Source of the DNA: a virus | DNA: 64,000 nucleotides | Direction: 5' to 3' (one strand) | IMG/VR virus record: IMGVR_UViG_3300025759_000081 | Span: 2,558-66,557 of that record | Part shown: piece after piece, positions 8,552 to 16,662 of the stretch | Layout: every line of letters begins with the position of its first letter | Position numbering within the stretch: the stretch's first letter is position 1 | Translations under genes and position numbers: made by a program | Notes under the pieces: model-generated | What the model saw: only the letters and a program-made list of their open reading frames with translations | Told to the model about the DNA's origin: nothing | The model's database searches: none

Positions 8552-9886
8552 ATGAAGCAACTCGAATATAGAAAACTCAATGCAATGGAATTGTATTTGA
8601 TGTTAGATTCCGGCGATCTGAATCCCGATCCTATCGGTCAGCGCCCACCTACATCATCTGGTCCAAAAAAATCTATTGGTATCATCAAGTCGCTAATTGA
8701 AGAATTTGGCATAGGTATGATTACTATTCGTGATATTTCCAACGATCCTATTGCGCAGGCTATATACGGCTGTAAGTATCTTGTCATCGACGGCGGTCAC
8801 CGTTGTCGTGCAATTATGCAATACTTTAAAGGTAAGATTACAGTCAACGGCGAAAGATATCTTGATTCAGATATTGATCTAAAAGATTATGACATCATTC
8901 TTGATATTCGTGAGTGTACGGCTGCTGAGTCGTGTATTTTGTTTCGTAACATTAATACGACTACTCCTACGAACTTCATGGAAATGATCATGTCTGATGA
9001 AGAATCATTGAATTGTAAGTTCATTCGAAGCCAGACCTCTTATGTTAAAGAGTATGGTAACGAAGTTCATCCTCTTTTCAAGCACCATATTGATGGTCAA
9101 GGAAATCAGAAGATTGATCACTGGGACAACAACCATATCAATCCACGAAGAAAGTGGGATGAGTATGTAGCTATCGCTTGTATTCGAGCTGCTGCAAGGG
9201 GCAACGTTGATGCTGGTCAACCAGCGATTGAAGAGTTGTCTACTGCTCCAGAAATTTCTTCACGAGTAAAAAAGGAAGTTGATAAATTCCTTAATGCTTG
9301 TGCAGACCTCCGTAAGTTTAGACAAAACGCTATGAATGCTGATGTAATGGGTGCTTTCACACTCTTTTACTTTGGCATCATGGGTGAGTTCAAGTCTGGC
9401 TTCCGCATTAACAGCAAGCGATTCTATCAAGATTTTATGCAGGCTCACTTCATACTAACTGGCAAAAAAGATAAGACTCTTGAAGATGAGATTATCCAAA
9501 CACCAGATGGAGATGCCTTTGTAAAAGAATATGTTCGTAAAAACATTAAGAACTTTGCAAACGGTCTTGATCAAGATTTTACATATACATTGTATATGTC
9601 TCAGATTAGAAATCTAGATGTAACGAAGATTGATGAAAAGCGAACAGAAACAAAAAACAACAAAGAAGAAATGCTTGCTCTTCAGGGTTATAAGGATGCA
9701 CTCACAGGCAAAGAGTTAGACTTAAACAGTTCAGCGTATAGCCATGATGTTGCGCATAGCCTTGGCGGCGAGTCGACTGACGAAAACTCTTACATTGCAG
9801 ATCAAGAGATTAACAGATTGATTGGTCTACTTGATAAGGAAAAAGCAAAAGAGTTTTTGAAACTATTGGCTGAATCGGAGGCATAA
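8552..9886 (+). CDS. DUF262/ParB-like N-terminal domain plus C-terminal HNH-like domain (GmrSD-like architecture)
   Basis: LNPDPIGQR, YLVIDGGHRCRAI (DGQ[Q/H]R-type motif) and LFRNINTTTP at the N terminus. C-terminal LQGYKDALTG..L....SHDVAHSLGG.ST.EN......EIN resembles an HNH domain that lacks the Zn cysteines. Confidence 0.65.
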   Translation: MKQLEYRKLNAMELYLMLDSGDLNPDPIGQRPPTSSGPKKSIGIIKSLIEEFGIGMITIRDISNDPIAQAIYGCKYLVIDGGHRCRAIMQYFKGKITVNGERYLDSDIDLKDYDIILDIRECTAAESCILFRNINTTTPTNFMEMIMSDEESLNCKFIRSQTSYVKEYGNEVHPLFKHHIDGQGNQKIDHWDNNHINPRRKWDEYVAIACIRAAARGNVDAGQPAIEELSTAPEISSRVKKEVDKFLNACADLRKFRQNAMNADVMGAFTLFYFGIMGEFKSGFRINSKRFYQDFMQAHFILTGKKDKTLEDEIIQTPDGDAFVKEYVRKNIKNFANGLDQDFTYTLYMSQIRNLDVTKIDEKRTETKNNKEEMLALQGYKDALTGKELDLNSSAYSHDVAHSLGGESTDENSYIADQEINRLIGLLDKEKAKEFLKLLAESEA

Positions 9887-9888
9887 AT

Positions 9889-10146
9889 ATGTTTAGATGT
9901 GTTACAATCGGTAAAGATCCACTCAAAAGTAGATGGACTAGAAAAAGCTGGCGTGGTAGTATTTGGATAAGACAAAATATTCATATGTATAATACAGTTA
10001 CTGCAACTTGTAGAGAAGCTGAATTATTGCTAATGAATTGTTTTGGATTGTGGAAAGATCGCGATGATAAAAATTATCCACGTTGGTATGTTGATGATAA
10101 AGATTTACAAGAGTTTGTTTTGAGAGAAATGAGGCGTGTAATATGA
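9889..10146 (+). CDS. Hypothetical protein
   Basis: 85 aa, 2 nt after the upstream stop, ATGA overlap with the kinase gene. Confidence 0.65.
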   Translation: MFRCVTIGKDPLKSRWTRKSWRGSIWIRQNIHMYNTVTATCREAELLLMNCFGLWKDRDDKNYPRWYVDDKDLQEFVLREMRRVI

Positions 10147-10697
10147 TACTAATTGTTGAAGGTATGGATAATTGTGGTAAGTCTACGTTAATTAAAGATC
10201 TTCGTAAAGAATACTTCACTCGTCCTACCACCATTTGTCATCACTCTACGAGTCCACCTAAGGATACTCAATTTCCTGACTTGTGGGAAGGTCGTCACTA
10301 TGGCGACCTTTTCAGCTTGTTCACTAGTATTGTTACAGAAAATCATTATGATATAGTCTTAGATAGATTTCACTTAGGTGCTATCGTCTATGGTGCTAAG
10401 TATAGAAGCTCAGATCCTCATATGATTAAAACTATTGATAAACAATATCTTCAAAATAATTTTGAATCTGCTCTTTTATTATTGACAGACTCTAATGAAG
10501 GGATTATGTCACGTGATGACGGAATGACTATTGAACAAACGTCAGAAGAATATGATGATGTTAGGCGTAGGTTTATAGATGCTTTTAGTGAGTCTCATTG
10601 CCCAAACAAACTTCATATTGATATTACAAAAGACGTTAAAACTATTGACAAAGTATTGCCAAATGTGTTAGAATGGCTTAACAAAATTGAGGAATGA
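10143..10697 (+). CDS. Deoxynucleoside monophosphate kinase (thymidylate-kinase-like; candidate hm-dCMP kinase)
   Basis: ILIVEGMDNCGKST P-loop, VLDRF motif, and its position next to dCMP hydroxymethylase. Confidence 0.8.
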   Translation: MILIVEGMDNCGKSTLIKDLRKEYFTRPTTICHHSTSPPKDTQFPDLWEGRHYGDLFSLFTSIVTENHYDIVLDRFHLGAIVYGAKYRSSDPHMIKTIDKQYLQNNFESALLLLTDSNEGIMSRDDGMTIEQTSEEYDDVRRRFIDAFSESHCPNKLHIDITKDVKTIDKVLPNVLEWLNKIEE

Positions 10698-11374
10698 AAA
10701 TGCAAACTGTAAGTGACATCCGCAAAAAGTTAATGATAAAACGCATTGAAAAAGATTACGTTATTGATAAGACCGGTGTCAAAACAATTGAACTCATCGG
10801 TGAATCATTTATTGCCGACGAAGATTGGATTATTCGCAAGCCTAACTTAGAATACGTTAAACGTGAACTTGATTGGTATCATAGTCAATCATTATATGTA
10901 AATGATATTCCAGGAGATACTCCACAAATTTGGAAACAAATTGCTTCTGACTTCGGCCAAATCAATTCAAATTATGGTCATCTTATTTGGTCAGAAGAAA
11001 ATGGTCATCAATATAATCATGTCTTGCATGAATTGAGAAATAATCCTGATAGTCGTAGAGCAACTATGATTTATAATCGGCCGAGCATGCATCTTGACTA
11101 TAACCGAGAAGGTATGAATGATTTTGTTTGTACATATGGAAATCAATTCATGATCCGTGATGATAAACTCGTATCACATTATATTATGCGATCTAACGAC
11201 GCCGTGTTTGGTTATTGTAACGATGTTCATTGGGCAATGCATGTACATGACATGCTCGCTTATGACTTAAAAATTGAAAAAGGCGACTTAATTTGGACAG
11301 CTTCATCTTTTCATATCTATGAAAGACATTTTAAATTCTTAGACAAAATGTTTGGATTAAAAGAAGATGAGTAA
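10694..11374 (+). CDS. 42: dCMP hydroxymethylase (T4 gp42-like, thymidylate synthase fold)
   Basis: INSNYG, NPDSRRA, DFVCT (catalytic Cys), MRSNDAVFGYCND and SSFHIYERH. It has Asp at the position that confers dCMP specificity in gp42, where thymidylate synthase has Asn. Confidence 0.88.
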   Translation: MKMQTVSDIRKKLMIKRIEKDYVIDKTGVKTIELIGESFIADEDWIIRKPNLEYVKRELDWYHSQSLYVNDIPGDTPQIWKQIASDFGQINSNYGHLIWSEENGHQYNHVLHELRNNPDSRRATMIYNRPSMHLDYNREGMNDFVCTYGNQFMIRDDKLVSHYIMRSNDAVFGYCNDVHWAMHVHDMLAYDLKIEKGDLIWTASSFHIYERHFKFLDKMFGLKEDE

Positions 11375-11840
11375 TAATTGGGATACGAGATTTTTATATC
11401 TTGCAAAAGAAGTTAGTACGTGGTCTAAAGATCCAAGTACTCAAATAGGGGCCGTTATTGTAAATGAGAATCGAAGAATTCTTGCTACAGGATATAATGG
11501 GTTTCCTCGTGGTATTTTTGATAAAGATGAACGACTAAATAATCGAGAAGAAAAATATAAACTCGTTGTCCACGCTGAAATGAACGCCATCTATAACGCT
11601 ACATTCAATGGCGTTTCTCTTGATAAAGCAACTTTATATGTGTGGGGTTTACCTGCTTGTTCTGAATGTGCAAAAGGTATTATCCAAGTTGGCATTAAAA
11701 AGGTTGTAATGGCTGACATAAATAAAGTTGACAGGTGGCAAAAATCGTTTGAGATTTCTAAAACTTTATTTGATGAAGCAAGTATTGAATATAAAATGGT
11801 AGAAGTGAATGGATTACAAAAGAATAGCGATAATAAGTAA
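11367..11840 (+). CDS. cd: dCMP deaminase
   Basis: SKDPSTQIGAVI, TGYNGFPRG, HAEMNA and PACSECAK zinc-deaminase motifs. Confidence 0.92.
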   Translation: MSNNWDTRFLYLAKEVSTWSKDPSTQIGAVIVNENRRILATGYNGFPRGIFDKDERLNNREEKYKLVVHAEMNAIYNATFNGVSLDKATLYVWGLPACSECAKGIIQVGIKKVVMADINKVDRWQKSFEISKTLFDEASIEYKMVEVNGLQKNSDNK

Positions 11841-12657
11841 CTGGCGAACTGGAAGTACTTATTTTACTATGAAAAAAGCACACGAACATGGTGTGCCTTT
11901 TATGGGTGAGTTATTTCATGTATCTAGACCATTTTCAATTGGAGAAGTTCCTCGTGGTTGGATCACCGAAGAGTCCATTCGAGAAGAATTAAGGCATCTT
12001 CCTGCAAAAGAAGCTTCAGACACAATGATTATTGAAGCTCTTGAAAATGGCCACCCAGGTTGTTTTAATTTACGTCCCGGTCAAATTGAAGACAAATATT
12101 GGCCTTACCTTTTTGAAAATCTTGATAAAGTCTATTACCTCTATAGAAGAAATTGGGATGCCCAAGTTAGAAGTTTTGTATCGGTTGATCTTAGAGGAGA
12201 CTGGGGTGTAACTGGTTGGTTTTTTCAAAGACCTGGAGATGAACACACTCCACCAGACCATACAGACGAAGAAATGAGAAATCAAAAAATACTTGGGACT
12301 TGGTATAATCGTACTAAACCTTACATATCTAAAGTAAGACCAACGTTTGATTTGCTTGAAGATAGAGCAGCCCTTCTTATTAGAGAATACATAAGAATGT
12401 ATCGTTGTTATAAGCAACACCCAGGTGAATTAGTTGCTTATGAAGATTGGTACACCGGTGAACAATATAGACCAGACAATAAGCACGTTTATTATCTTGG
12501 TGAAGAAGAGTTAATGTATCCAAAGTTTGACACCGTAGGTCTTTTTGAACGAGACGAATATGGCGTAATTAAAAAGGAACATACTCCTCACCCAGATCCG
12601 TGGGGCCCTCGAAATATTGAACCATCTATAGATCCTTGGAGTAAAAATAAATTATGA
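11809..12657 (+). CDS. Sulfotransferase-like protein (Stf0-like P-loop fold)
   Basis: IAIISNWRTGSTY resembles the 5'-PSB loop, followed by GELF. YYLYRRNWDAQVRS resembles the 3'-PB motif. LVAYED lies near the C terminus. Confidence 0.6.
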   Translation: MDYKRIAIISNWRTGSTYFTMKKAHEHGVPFMGELFHVSRPFSIGEVPRGWITEESIREELRHLPAKEASDTMIIEALENGHPGCFNLRPGQIEDKYWPYLFENLDKVYYLYRRNWDAQVRSFVSVDLRGDWGVTGWFFQRPGDEHTPPDHTDEEMRNQKILGTWYNRTKPYISKVRPTFDLLEDRAALLIREYIRMYRCYKQHPGELVAYEDWYTGEQYRPDNKHVYYLGEEELMYPKFDTVGLFERDEYGVIKKEHTPHPDPWGPRNIEPSIDPWSKNKL

Positions 12658-13886
12658 AAAACATTTCTATTATTATGGCCCGCGGCATTGAAGGCTGTGG
12701 TGTTACTAAGTATACTGTCGAGCAAGTTAAATGGCTCAAAAAGAATGGGTACAACGTAAAAGTTTTTGCTTCAAAAGACAAATCTTTTTCTCGCAAGAAT
12801 GCTCATGTACACGATTTTGAAGTGTTTAAATTTGCAGATGATACCCTTCTTGATGATATGATCACTCGATGTAATGAGTCTGATCTTATCATTATTAATT
12901 CTCTACCAGCCAAGGGGAACGGTAGAGGTAAAGGTGTAGGAGATAAAGCACTCGACAATTGGGTAAAGGCACTCAAGTCATTTAAGAAGCCCGTAGTGCT
13001 TATTCAACACGACCATACGGTTTACTCAATCAAAAGAAATGGTGCTCTAGAAGAAGCTATCGATGCTGCTAGCATTATCTTTGTTCATTCTACAAATAAC
13101 GACTTTTCTCAGTATGTAAAAGAATACGTTGGTGATACTGGTCTTTCTTCATTTTTTGGTGAAAGCTCTGATAAAAAAATCTTAGCCTTTCAACCCGGCA
13201 TTGACTTTGACGAACATCGAGAAAAGTATTGGAAAGATTGTAAAGAACAAGATCGATTACATCATAAGTGGATTGGTCGTACTACAAGCTGGAAAGGTTA
13301 TCAACTTATGTTTGATTGGCATACCAACTGGCTTCAAGGCGCAGGGTATGCTACTACATTCGAAGGAATTGAAAAGTCGCCGGCTTGGTTATCGTTTAAA
13401 GAATGCGGTGAATTTTTTGATGAAATGAAAAACCATCCTAATGATGTTAACATTACAGAAAGATATGGAGAAAAAGCATCTGTCTTTAGTACATTCATCC
13501 AAGACGAGCTAATGGAAAGAATGTCGAAGGTTGGATTTGGTTATCAGCTCAGTGTACTCAAGCCAAAATATATTGAACGATCAATTGAATATACCCATCA
13601 AGAAATTGTTGCAGCTGGCGCTGTTCCAGTGTTTCGAAAAGAATATGGTGAAGTATGCATACATAGAGTAACCGGCGATCCACTTATCCATTGTAAAAAC
13701 AACGGTACGCTTTGGATAGGTAATGATGTTGAAAGTCGAGCCGGTGTACTTGATCACATTAAACAACTCAATGATGATGGTTATCGAGACGCATATCGAG
13801 AAGCAGCATTTGAATTTTATAAGCAACATCAAGACGCTTCAAATACCTTTGAAGATTTGATGACAAACATTAAGGAAAACCTATGA
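12654..13886 (+). CDS. agt: DNA alpha-glucosyltransferase (T4 a-gt-like, GT-B)
   Basis: MARGIEGCGVTK, KDKSFSR, QHDH, YWKD, KWIGRTTSWKG, ERMSKVGFGYQLS, RSIEYTH and AFEFYKQHQD match T4 a-gt as remembered, along its whole length (410 aa). Confidence 0.9.
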   Translation: MKNISIIMARGIEGCGVTKYTVEQVKWLKKNGYNVKVFASKDKSFSRKNAHVHDFEVFKFADDTLLDDMITRCNESDLIIINSLPAKGNGRGKGVGDKALDNWVKALKSFKKPVVLIQHDHTVYSIKRNGALEEAIDAASIIFVHSTNNDFSQYVKEYVGDTGLSSFFGESSDKKILAFQPGIDFDEHREKYWKDCKEQDRLHHKWIGRTTSWKGYQLMFDWHTNWLQGAGYATTFEGIEKSPAWLSFKECGEFFDEMKNHPNDVNITERYGEKASVFSTFIQDELMERMSKVGFGYQLSVLKPKYIERSIEYTHQEIVAAGAVPVFRKEYGEVCIHRVTGDPLIHCKNNGTLWIGNDVESRAGVLDHIKQLNDDGYRDAYREAAFEFYKQHQDASNTFEDLMTNIKENL

Positions 13887-15076
13887 TTAAACACGCATCC
13901 ATTGTACCACTTATTGGAGGTGAAACAATAGGTTCTGAAATCGCTTTTGGCGAAGCACCTACCTATATGATGTCATACGAGGCGTTTGAAGGGAATGATG
14001 CTCATGCCCGTAACTATTACGGTGGTGTTCCATACTACGTTCTAGATAAAGGAGAGAGACCTACAGAGAGTGTTGATGTAGTATCTTCTGTATGCCCGTG
14101 TGCTGGACTATCTCAATTATCTCACGGATTTGGTGATGATAATCCAAACAATCAATGGATGCCTAAGACAGCATCATACGTATTAGAACAAATTAAACCA
14201 AAAGTATTCTGGGGTGAAAATGCACCAGGATTTGCAGGTAAGATTGGTGAAACGGTACGAAATCAGTTGAAGCAAATTGGAAAAGAAAATGGATATACAA
14301 TGAGCGTATATCGTACAAAAACTCTTCTTCACGGTGGACCACAAATTCGAGAGAGATCATTCTATTTCTTTTGGCGAGATGATAAGGTACCTTTATTGAG
14401 TTGGTTCAATAAACCTCACAAAAAGATTGAAGACGTACTTATGAGTGTGAAAGGTAATAACTTTCAAACAGATGTTATTAATCCAAAGACTCCATCAAAA
14501 GATGATCTCTATTATAAGTTTGCACTTGAGCACATTCATGGAGGCATGGAGCATAAAGACTTTGCTCAAATTGTTGAACCTCAAAAGGTGAGGAACGCCG
14601 ATATTTTTTCATATATAGAACGTATGGGTTATGATTATACTCAAGTTGGTGAATGGATGGCATCTCAAGGCTACGATAAAGAAGTTGAGAAATGTAAATA
14701 TCGAGTTGAAAAGCTTAAGGCCGGTGGTAATATTATGAGAAGAGGTACAATTATTCCTAAGGATTACATCGGGGCTTTCGTTGGCCACTATCCTACAATG
14801 TTAACTCATCCAGAAGAAGATCGTTATATCAATTATCGAGAAGCAATGACGATCATGGGTTTGCCTGAAGACTTTGAATTATTGAATCCGAAGAAGAGCG
14901 CGAATCATATCTGTCAAAATGTACCTGTGCAGACTGCCGCAGACATGGCGTCGGAAGTTAAAAAATATTTGAACAATGAGCTTCCACTAGTTGACACCGA
15001 CTATGTTTTACAGTATAATAAAGGTCAAAAATCTGAATACATTGAAAAAAAGTCAACTCTTGAGGCGTTTATATGA
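13883..15076 (+). CDS. C5-cytosine DNA methyltransferase homologue with non-canonical motif I
   Basis: Motif IV VCPCAGLS, VI GENAPG, VIII QIRER, IX RYINYREAMTIMGLPEDF, X CQNVPV. Motif I reads VPLIGG instead of FxGxGG. Confidence 0.78.
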   Translation: MIKHASIVPLIGGETIGSEIAFGEAPTYMMSYEAFEGNDAHARNYYGGVPYYVLDKGERPTESVDVVSSVCPCAGLSQLSHGFGDDNPNNQWMPKTASYVLEQIKPKVFWGENAPGFAGKIGETVRNQLKQIGKENGYTMSVYRTKTLLHGGPQIRERSFYFFWRDDKVPLLSWFNKPHKKIEDVLMSVKGNNFQTDVINPKTPSKDDLYYKFALEHIHGGMEHKDFAQIVEPQKVRNADIFSYIERMGYDYTQVGEWMASQGYDKEVEKCKYRVEKLKAGGNIMRRGTIIPKDYIGAFVGHYPTMLTHPEEDRYINYREAMTIMGLPEDFELLNPKKSANHICQNVPVQTAADMASEVKKYLNNELPLVDTDYVLQYNKGQKSEYIEKKSTLEAFI

Positions 15077-15684
15077 AACATTTAATATTTGATTTTGAAA
15101 CAATGGGCTCAGACCCTAGTAATTGCGCAGTCGTTGACGTTTCTGCAATGGTGTTTGATTGGGATAGATTTGAAACAAATCCTTACACTTGCAAAGATAT
15201 TAGTATGACTCGAAAATTTAAATTGTCTGTTAGCGATCAAGTAAAAAACTATGGATTTAAAATAGAACAAAGTGTACTTGATTTTTGGGAATCTCAACCT
15301 AAAGAAGTAAAGAAAAACATTGTTCCCAAGAAGACTGACTTGTCAGTTAAAGAATTCGTCCAAGAGTTTCATGATTTCTTAATTGACGCCGGCCAAATTG
15401 GTCATTGGTGGACTCGATCAAATACGTTTGATCCTGTTATATTAACTCGGCTCTTCGCTGCAGAAAATAAAAAGTCTCACATGGAAGAGTACCTTAAGTA
15501 TTATCTCGTTCGTGATACACGTACATGGATTGATGCTAAACTTAATTTCCCTAAAAAGAATGGATTTATAATTGATGAGTGGCAAGAAAGTTTTAAAGCT
15601 CACGATAGTTCTTGGGATATTTTAATTGATGTGTTGCGATTACAAAAATTACATCGGGTAGAATTTGATTTAGAGGATGAATAA
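15073..15684 (+). CDS. dexA: DexA-like DEDDh 3'-5' exonuclease
   Basis: LIFDFET, SNTFDPVIL, VRDTRTWI and HDSSWDILID motifs. Confidence 0.8.
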   Translation: MKHLIFDFETMGSDPSNCAVVDVSAMVFDWDRFETNPYTCKDISMTRKFKLSVSDQVKNYGFKIEQSVLDFWESQPKEVKKNIVPKKTDLSVKEFVQEFHDFLIDAGQIGHWWTRSNTFDPVILTRLFAAENKKSHMEEYLKYYLVRDTRTWIDAKLNFPKKNGFIIDEWQESFKAHDSSWDILIDVLRLQKLHRVEFDLEDE

Positions 15685-16637
15685 TGACAGAAGAAAATAC
15701 TAAAATTACTATAGACCAGCTTCAACCTTATAGTCTTTTTCTTGCCACTCCAATGTATGGTGGGCAATGTACGGGAACTTATACAAAAGCTGTTACAGAA
15801 TTATCAATGATGTGTGCGACAAACGGAATTAAAATTAAACATTACTTTTTATTTAATGAGAGCTTAATACAACGTGCAAGAAACTATTGTGTAGACGAAT
15901 TTATGAGATCTGATTGCACTCATTTATTGTTTATTGACGCAGACGTATCTTTTAATCCAAAAGATGTTCTTACAATGTTAGCTATTCAGATTTCTAATCC
16001 AGAAAAATATGATATTGTAAGTGGCGCTTATCCAAAGAAAACGATTGCTTGGGAAAAAGTAGTGACGGCTGTGCGCAATGGAAGGGCGGAAAACTCTCCT
16101 TTCGATCTTGATCAATACATTGGTGATTTTACGTTTAATCCTATTCAAAATGGTGAGCAACAAAAATTTGCTGTAACAGATCCTATTGAAGTAGCAGAAG
16201 CTGCAACTGGGTTTATGCTCATACCTAGATATGCTCTTGAAAAATACAGAGATGAATATCCAGAATTATCGTATAAACCAGATCATGCAAGAACAGAAAA
16301 CTTTGATGGAACAAGAGAAATAACCGCTTTCTTTGATTGTGGCATTGATCCGGAATCAAAAAGATATCTTTCAGAAGACTATTTCTTTAGTCATAAAGCA
16401 AGAGCAATTGGTCTTAATTTGTGGATGTGTCCTTGGATTAATCTTAACCACATGGGTTCGTATGTGTTTAAAGGTAATCTTCCAGCCGTTAGTTCATTAC
16501 CTAATACGTCTGCGACTGCTTCAAAACAATCTATGAAAAGTTATTATCAACAAAAAGACGATTTAACTGGGATAAAAGCAAGTCCCTTACCATCCACTTT
16601 AAGAAACCAAAAGAAAAGAAATCGTAAAAAGTCATGA
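15684..16637 (+). CDS. GT-A fold glycosyltransferase
   Basis: LFLATPMYGG, NESLIQRARN, HLLFIDAD (DxD), ATGFMLI, YLSEDYFF, and a late H.G motif. Confidence 0.8.
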   Translation: MTEENTKITIDQLQPYSLFLATPMYGGQCTGTYTKAVTELSMMCATNGIKIKHYFLFNESLIQRARNYCVDEFMRSDCTHLLFIDADVSFNPKDVLTMLAIQISNPEKYDIVSGAYPKKTIAWEKVVTAVRNGRAENSPFDLDQYIGDFTFNPIQNGEQQKFAVTDPIEVAEAATGFMLIPRYALEKYRDEYPELSYKPDHARTENFDGTREITAFFDCGIDPESKRYLSEDYFFSHKARAIGLNLWMCPWINLNHMGSYVFKGNLPAVSSLPNTSATASKQSMKSYYQQKDDLTGIKASPLPSTLRNQKKRNRKKS

Positions 16638-16646
16638 CTAGTAATT

Positions 16647-16654
16647 TATAAATA
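16647..16654 (+). promoter_or_regulatory. T4-type late promoter TATAAATA
   Basis: Exact gp55 consensus just upstream of the 16663/16684 ORF. Confidence 0.7.
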
Positions 16655-16662
16655 TTTAGAAA

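Noticed and set aside
10694-11374. Thymidylate synthase (td/thyA) assignment
   Set aside because: The short length, gp42-type motifs and Asp at the specificity position fit dCMP hydroxymethylase better.
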